DNA of 64,000 nucleotides from Polyangia bacterium (GTDB lineage Bacteria; Myxococcota_A; Polyangia; JAAYKL01): NCBI GenBank assembly GCA_050287845.1, contig JBNKCR010000030.1, positions 1 to 64,000 of the forward strand, read 5' to 3'. Shown piece by piece: positions 59,356 to 64,000 of this stretch (position 1 is its first letter; each line of letters starts with the position of its first letter). The notes under the pieces were generated by a model. It saw only the letters and a program-made list of their open reading frames with translations, ran no database searches and was not told where the DNA came from. The position numbers and the translations under genes were made by a program.

Positions 59356-60855
59356 TCAATTGGCGGGAGTAAAAAGGAAAGGATATTCAAATGTTACAGT
59401 ACCACCTTCCGGTGGGGGGAATCTGAAGCGCAAAAACGCATTCGTTATGCAATCTGCCACTTCAGAATTCAATTGGTTCAGGGTGGGTCTGGCGGTGGTC
59501 ACTTTGCCACTTCCGGAAATGGTAAATCGAACAGTAATTTTTCCACTCAGTCCAGGGTCCCGCTTCAGTCCGCGTTCATAACAGCCTTTTATTGCGCCAA
59601 TTCTCCTGTTAACGACCGAAGCAACATCCTTTGAACTCATCATACCTGTCCCCCCGGAGGCAGTAGGCGCCTTTTTTCTGACCGTTCCACGAATCGATTT
59701 CTCTTTGCCCGGCCCCTGTGTTTTCACTTCTTTATCGCCGCCTGCTGCTTTTACCTGCTCCACATCGGCGGCAGTCCCCTCTCCCTTACCTCCGGCGGGA
59801 CCACTTAACCTGCCCTTTCCTTCTCCCTGGGCAACTCCTACGCCCTGAACCTGCTCAAGTAGTTCATCCTGATCAGCAGCCACATCTCCACCACTTAAAA
59901 CATCGATAACCGCGCCCTCGCCGGAGCCACCGAGACTTGCCAGAATTTTATTAATCCCCTGTCGCGCCATTTGTTCGGCGAGCTCTGCTCTTTTTTCGGC
60001 TCTTTCTTTCGCCATCTCTTCAGCGCTCTTTTCCGGCTGATTCTCTTTATTCTGAGCTGGCTCTGTTTCCTTAACTTTTTTCTTTTCCTTTACCTTTTCT
60101 TTTTCCTTTTCCAGCTCCTTTTCACCTTCACCATCCTTCAGATCTTCACTTGTTTTCTCTTTTTCTTTTTCAAAAGTCGCAGAGGAAGCATTCAACAATG
60201 CCTGCAAATCCTGATATTTCTCAGCAAGCGTTTTTTCTGGCCATTCATTCAACTGGAAATAGAGGATAACACCGGAATGAAAGGATAATGAAAGAATGAA
60301 GCAGATGGTTATCACCAGCTCCACTCCCTGAAAAAGGGAGGCTCTGACAGCAGCGGGAAGTTGCGGTCGAGGTTGAATGGGCGGCGGCTCCACAAACTGA
60401 AACAGAACAGTAGTACTGCCAAGCACAATTTTCCCGCGACAGCTGTCATTCAGAAGGAGCTGATATCGGTCTCCCTTTTTCCTTACATTTTTAAGTCCAA
60501 TTGTATCCTTCAGGTCATACAGCTTCCCCTTTATCGATATTTTCCCGGGAAGGTCTTTGGTGAAATTCAGAATATACGGCGAATTGCCGCCTTTGGACTC
60601 AAAAAGACACAGTCTGGATACACTGACATCCTCCTGCGGAATGACGAACTGGTTCTTCTCAGAAGGACCAATAAACACACTCTCTCTTTTTCTGATGATC
60701 CGCTCTTCAACAATTTTGCCGTTGTTTACAATGCCAATACGAATGACCCTCGGAAGGCCTTTCACTCTCGACTTCGATTTGCCTTCTTGTCGATTGTTGG
60801 ACGCCACTTTATATCTGGATGAGTTGGAACGCGGTTTAGACTTGCTTTCGGCCAT
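59356..60855 (-). CDS. GltG-like energy transducer (FHA-like N-terminus, TM, charged/Gly-rich linker, AgmX/PglI TonB-like C-domain)
   Basis: IKGCYERGLKRDPGLSGKITVRFTI...FPPPEGG...YPFLF; His-bearing TM (LSFHSG). Confidence 0.85.
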   Translation of the reverse strand: MAESKSKPRSNSSRYKVASNNRQEGKSKSRVKGLPRVIRIGIVNNGKIVEERIIRKRESVFIGPSEKNQFVIPQEDVSVSRLCLFESKGGNSPYILNFTKDLPGKISIKGKLYDLKDTIGLKNVRKKGDRYQLLLNDSCRGKIVLGSTTVLFQFVEPPPIQPRPQLPAAVRASLFQGVELVITICFILSLSFHSGVILYFQLNEWPEKTLAEKYQDLQALLNASSATFEKEKEKTSEDLKDGEGEKELEKEKEKVKEKKKVKETEPAQNKENQPEKSAEEMAKERAEKRAELAEQMARQGINKILASLGGSGEGAVIDVLSGGDVAADQDELLEQVQGVGVAQGEGKGRLSGPAGGKGEGTAADVEQVKAAGGDKEVKTQGPGKEKSIRGTVRKKAPTASGGTGMMSSKDVASVVNRRIGAIKGCYERGLKRDPGLSGKITVRFTISGSGKVTTARPTLNQLNSEVADCITNAFLRFRFPPPEGGTVTFEYPFLFTPAN

Positions 60856-60958
60856 CGATTAACTTTCCTGTAATTCAGAGAAGCAGACGACCTATTGACC
60901 CGGACAAATGGTCCCCTATCCCCCGTACTTGAGACGGACCGTACAAAAATAATCCCAA

Positions 60959-61537
60959 TTATTCAATATTATATTTTGCGCCTTCAGCAGCAACAAATTT
61001 GAATTTTTCGAACTCCGCCTGACCGGCGGTGTAAAGCACTTCGGTCAGCAATCGATAACTGGTTTTACTGTCTGCAACGACCAGAGCCATTCCCTCGAAC
61101 GGATTATTCGTCCTGGCGGCGAGCATTTTCAGGTGCTGGACTCTTTCCTTCAACGCATCCAATAACGGATTAATCAGCAGGCCATCCTGTCCATCGCGTT
61201 TCAGACTTTCATCCACCGCACCATCCCGAAGATCAGCAACTTTGTTGTCCTGTACCATTATGGCGCGTTTGGATATCGCGATAACAATGGCATCTTCAAG
61301 CCCTTTTTCTTCCTCGCTGGTTCGTGGAAGCATCAATTCGTCTGACTGACGAATTTGTACCGGGTCAGAACCAAAGCTCTTCATCAGGAAGCACAGGATG
61401 ATGGTAAACGCATCCATGAGGGAGTTGATAAGTAATTTGTCTCTTTCAACTCTACGATTTCTGCGTTTTAATTTTTTGGCCTTCTGTTTTTCCTGCCAAA
61501 TCGCATCAATATCAGCAGAACTTAGTCCTTGAGCCAT
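60959..61537 (-). CDS. ExbD/TolR-family motor subunit (AglS-like)
   Basis: INSLMDAFTIILCFLMKS with TM Asp42; ADSKTSYRLLTEVLYTAGQAEF. Confidence 0.88.
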   Translation of the reverse strand: MAQGLSSADIDAIWQEKQKAKKLKRRNRRVERDKLLINSLMDAFTIILCFLMKSFGSDPVQIRQSDELMLPRTSEEEKGLEDAIVIAISKRAIMVQDNKVADLRDGAVDESLKRDGQDGLLINPLLDALKERVQHLKMLAARTNNPFEGMALVVADSKTSYRLLTEVLYTAGQAEFEKFKFVAAEGAKYNIE

Positions 61538-61601
61538 GGAATTCCTCCCTGGAGAATCCGGATAATAGTCCCGGAGATTTCATCTTGGTAAAGCGTAAAA
61601 A

Positions 61602-62117
61602 TCAGACAACACCGCGTGTCAGGGTTACAATCGGGAACAACTGTGTCTCCACTTCCGATCCGCCACGCGAAAAGTCCATTGCTTTAATCAGAACTTCGTA
61701 TGGAATATCGTCTTCCGCCCCCAGAATGATATTAACTTCTTCACGATGTAAATCTTTTAACTCTTTGAGTTTACGGTTGAACTCAGCATAATCCCAATCA
61801 TCATCTTTTTTGGGAATATCCGGACCAGCCGATGCAGTATCTGTTGCCTGTGACATCCACGGAAGCCTATGAACCGGATTCACCTTGAAATGAAACCCCT
61901 GATCCGTGATCATCACGGTCAGATTCAAGGCCTTATTATCTTCCGGCGGCTGTTGCGCCGGGGCCTGCGCAATTTTCGGTGCATTCACGTCCAGAGTCAT
62001 AAACCGAACGAAAACCGCACCGTACAGCAACAAAGGAATCAACATGCACACGAGGTTGAGAATTGGAATTAGAGGATCGCCCTCATATCCTTCTTCTACT
62101 CTTCTTGGCTTTCCCAT
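61602..62117 (-). CDS. ExbD/TolR-family motor subunit (AglQ-like), Asn at the usual TM Asp position
   Basis: PILNLVCMLIPLLL; AEDDIPYEVLIKAMD. Confidence 0.85.
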   Translation of the reverse strand: MGKPRRVEEGYEGDPLIPILNLVCMLIPLLLYGAVFVRFMTLDVNAPKIAQAPAQQPPEDNKALNLTVMITDQGFHFKVNPVHRLPWMSQATDTASAGPDIPKKDDDWDYAEFNRKLKELKDLHREEVNIILGAEDDIPYEVLIKAMDFSRGGSEVETQLFPIVTLTRGVV

Positions 62118-62234
62118 ATCCTGTAGTCCTTCCTACAATTTATTCTCAGAATCTTATACTCGCCGGGAAGGATACGAAAGATTCGAATCCCTCCCCCATT
62201 CGCGAGTCATTCAAAATCAGAAACAAGAAACTTG

Positions 62235-62873
62235 TTATACACCACCAGCGCGATATCGAGAAACCAACAGATTCTCCAATTTCACCGAGTATTGATCAAT
62301 CTCATTGAGAATCTTGGTGGTTACCGCTTGCAGGAACATTTGAGCGGTCATACAGGGAATAGCAACGATCAGACCGAACGCGGTAGTATTCATCGCAACA
62401 GAAATACCTTTTGCGAGAGCAGCCGCACGCTGATCAGGAGCAGCTGACTCAAGAGCGGAGAACGCCTGAATCAGACCCACAATCGTACCGAGAAGACCAA
62501 GCAGGGTTGCAACGTTCGCAACACCACCCAATGTGGGAGTCCGTTTCTGAACGATTGGAACAACCTCAAGAGTCGCTTCTTCAATCGCATTTGCAATCTC
62601 CAGCTCTCCTTTGTTGGCCCGGGTCAATCCAGCCTTGATTACCTTGGGCAAAGCAGCATTAGGTGCTGCGTTGCAAAGCTTGATAGCGCGATCGATGTTG
62701 TTCGCCATAACCAGCTTCTGAATCTGCCCCATGAAAGCATTGGCATTGATGTTGTACTTGAAAAAGAGGAAAATGAATCTTTCCACAATGATCCCAAGAC
62801 CAACAACCGACGTGAAAGCAATAACATACATCCAGCCACCGCCACTATCAAACGCTTCTGCAATAGCCTGCAT
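62235..62873 (-). CDS. MotA/TolQ/ExbB proton-channel protein (AglR-like)
   Basis: ATLLGLLGTIVGLI and GISVAMNTTAFGLIVAIP; GGAGG RBS. Confidence 0.95.
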   Translation of the reverse strand: MQAIAEAFDSGGGWMYVIAFTSVVGLGIIVERFIFLFFKYNINANAFMGQIQKLVMANNIDRAIKLCNAAPNAALPKVIKAGLTRANKGELEIANAIEEATLEVVPIVQKRTPTLGGVANVATLLGLLGTIVGLIQAFSALESAAPDQRAAALAKGISVAMNTTAFGLIVAIPCMTAQMFLQAVTTKILNEIDQYSVKLENLLVSRYRAGGV

Positions 62874-63152
62874 CCTAAATCCTCCTTAGAGTAATGCCCG
62901 CTTCTGGGGCTGTAATAAAAACCCTGTTTAGTGGTTCTACAAATAACAAAATTCCCTGCATTTAGCTACAGTATTTGTTAAGTGAACAGGAGAATAGCAC
63001 ATGCGTTTTCCTTTCAACAAGAGAAATCTGGTGCCATTTTTCGTTTTTAGAAAAAAAAAAAAACTTTTTTTCCGTTTAATCGGAAAAATTACTAATGCAC
63101 TTAAACTAATATAAAATGTTGGAAAATACCGGAAGAAGTCGCCTCGAAGAAT

Positions 63153-64000
63153 CTATTCCCATCCATCATCGCCCGCACTTTCCGGCTCATCTTCAGCACC
63201 TGCGGCTCCGGCATCACCGCTATTCTGTTCAGGCGTTGATTTGTGTGCAGCTCTCTGTTTCTCACGCTCTGCAGCCTCTTTTTGCCGTTGTACTCGAATC
63301 TGTTCCCGTTCGATCATTAAATCGAGCTCTTTTATATATTTGAATACTTCATCGTTCTGAGATAATGCTGCGCCCACCCGAGTCTTGTATTCAGAAAACA
63401 GACTTCTGGATTTTTTCAGTCGTGCAATGCGAGACAGGCCATTCAGATTGTCGGCAGTGTAATACAGTATCGCCATATCAAAAGTCACAGCAGGTGAATT
63501 CGGCAACATTTTCCCAGCCCGATTCAGTGCCGCCAGCGCCATTTTCCATTTTCCCGCACCTCTCAGCGCATTACCGTAGTTCAGATAGAGCACCCCCCAG
63601 GATGGCGTTATCTGAATGGCGCGCCGGAATAACTGTATCGCGTCATTATAGTTTCCAGCCAGCATGTATTCAAGGGCCAGATTGTTCAAAGCCTCCGGAT
63701 AAAATGGATTCAGCGAGACCGCCTTTTCGAACTTTTTTATAGCCAGAATCCGGAATCCCTTTTTCAATTCCAGCAATCCGATGAGAAAATGAACCTCTGC
63801 AATATTTTCATTTATGGACAAAACCTGGTTAAAAATGGATTCAGCCAGTTCCAATCGTCCCATTTTAAGATTCGCTTTACCAATCTGAAGCATTGCACCG
63901 GCATGACGTTCATCAATGCGAAGCGCCTTTTTCGCCACTCGAATTGAATCATCATATTTCTGCACCATGGTAAGAATATTTGCATAAAGCACCAGGATGT
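63153..64000 (-). CDS. TPR protein (GltE/AglT-like), 5' end outside the window
   Basis: Multiple TPR units (EALNNLA, YLNYGNALRG); position upstream of the motor genes. Confidence 0.8.
   Translation of the reverse strand, partial: ILVLYANILTMVQKYDDSIRVAKKALRIDERHAGAMLQIGKANLKMGRLELAESIFNQVLSINENIAEVHFLIGLLELKKGFRILAIKKFEKAVSLNPFYPEALNNLALEYMLAGNYNDAIQLFRRAIQITPSWGVLYLNYGNALRGAGKWKMALAALNRAGKMLPNSPAVTFDMAILYYTADNLNGLSRIARLKKSRSLFSEYKTRVGAALSQNDEVFKYIKELDLMIEREQIRVQRQKEAAEREKQRAAHKSTPEQNSGDAGAAGAEDEPESAGDDGWE

Noticed and set aside
59056..59356. ops/JUMPstart element upstream of the export genes
   Set aside because: No GGCGGTAG-like sequence seen on the minus strand.
62170..62200. tRNA-like TTCGAATCCC motif
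   Set aside because: No cloverleaf; better explained as part of a hairpin.
63020..63036. Possible sigma54 promoter (TGGCAC, minus strand) upstream of the motor genes
   Set aside because: The -12 position reads TTCT rather than TTGC. The TGGCAC near 21129 has wrong spacing.

Overview
A 64-kb bacterial chromosomal window. Gene content suggests a Myxococcota-like deltaproteobacterium (inference from Agl/Glt-type motor genes, myxococcal Cys-rich repeats and Asp/Ser/Thr-linker lipoproteins). In order: the 3' end of a probable REP-associated tyrosine transposase; VWA-domain and Cys-rich envelope proteins with a transpeptidase and an M48 peptidase; an orphan CpaC-like secretin; four lipoprotein carbohydrate-active enzymes on long (D-S/T)n stalks, three sharing a 28-aa six-Cys module I cannot assign; a visibly AT-richer block (about 22.9-32.2 kb) with ECF sigma, membrane anti-sigma-like protein, exported caspase-family protease, two zinc proteases, an AB5-B-subunit-like small protein and a second clan-CD-like protease; housekeeping genes (mutM, tRNA-Leu(GAG), NusG/UpxY paralog, khpA, cyclophilin, pfp, bcp); and a short OPX plus beta-barrel export unit downstream of a GltG/ExbD/ExbD/AglR/TPR motor cluster. 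The best candidate for an undescribed system is the ECF/anti-sigma/caspase block, where the same CCGCCA-N16-CGTAG motif precedes both transcription units. The six-Cys CAZyme module is second. All family calls are by-eye motif recognition; no searches were run, and some start codons are my choice.
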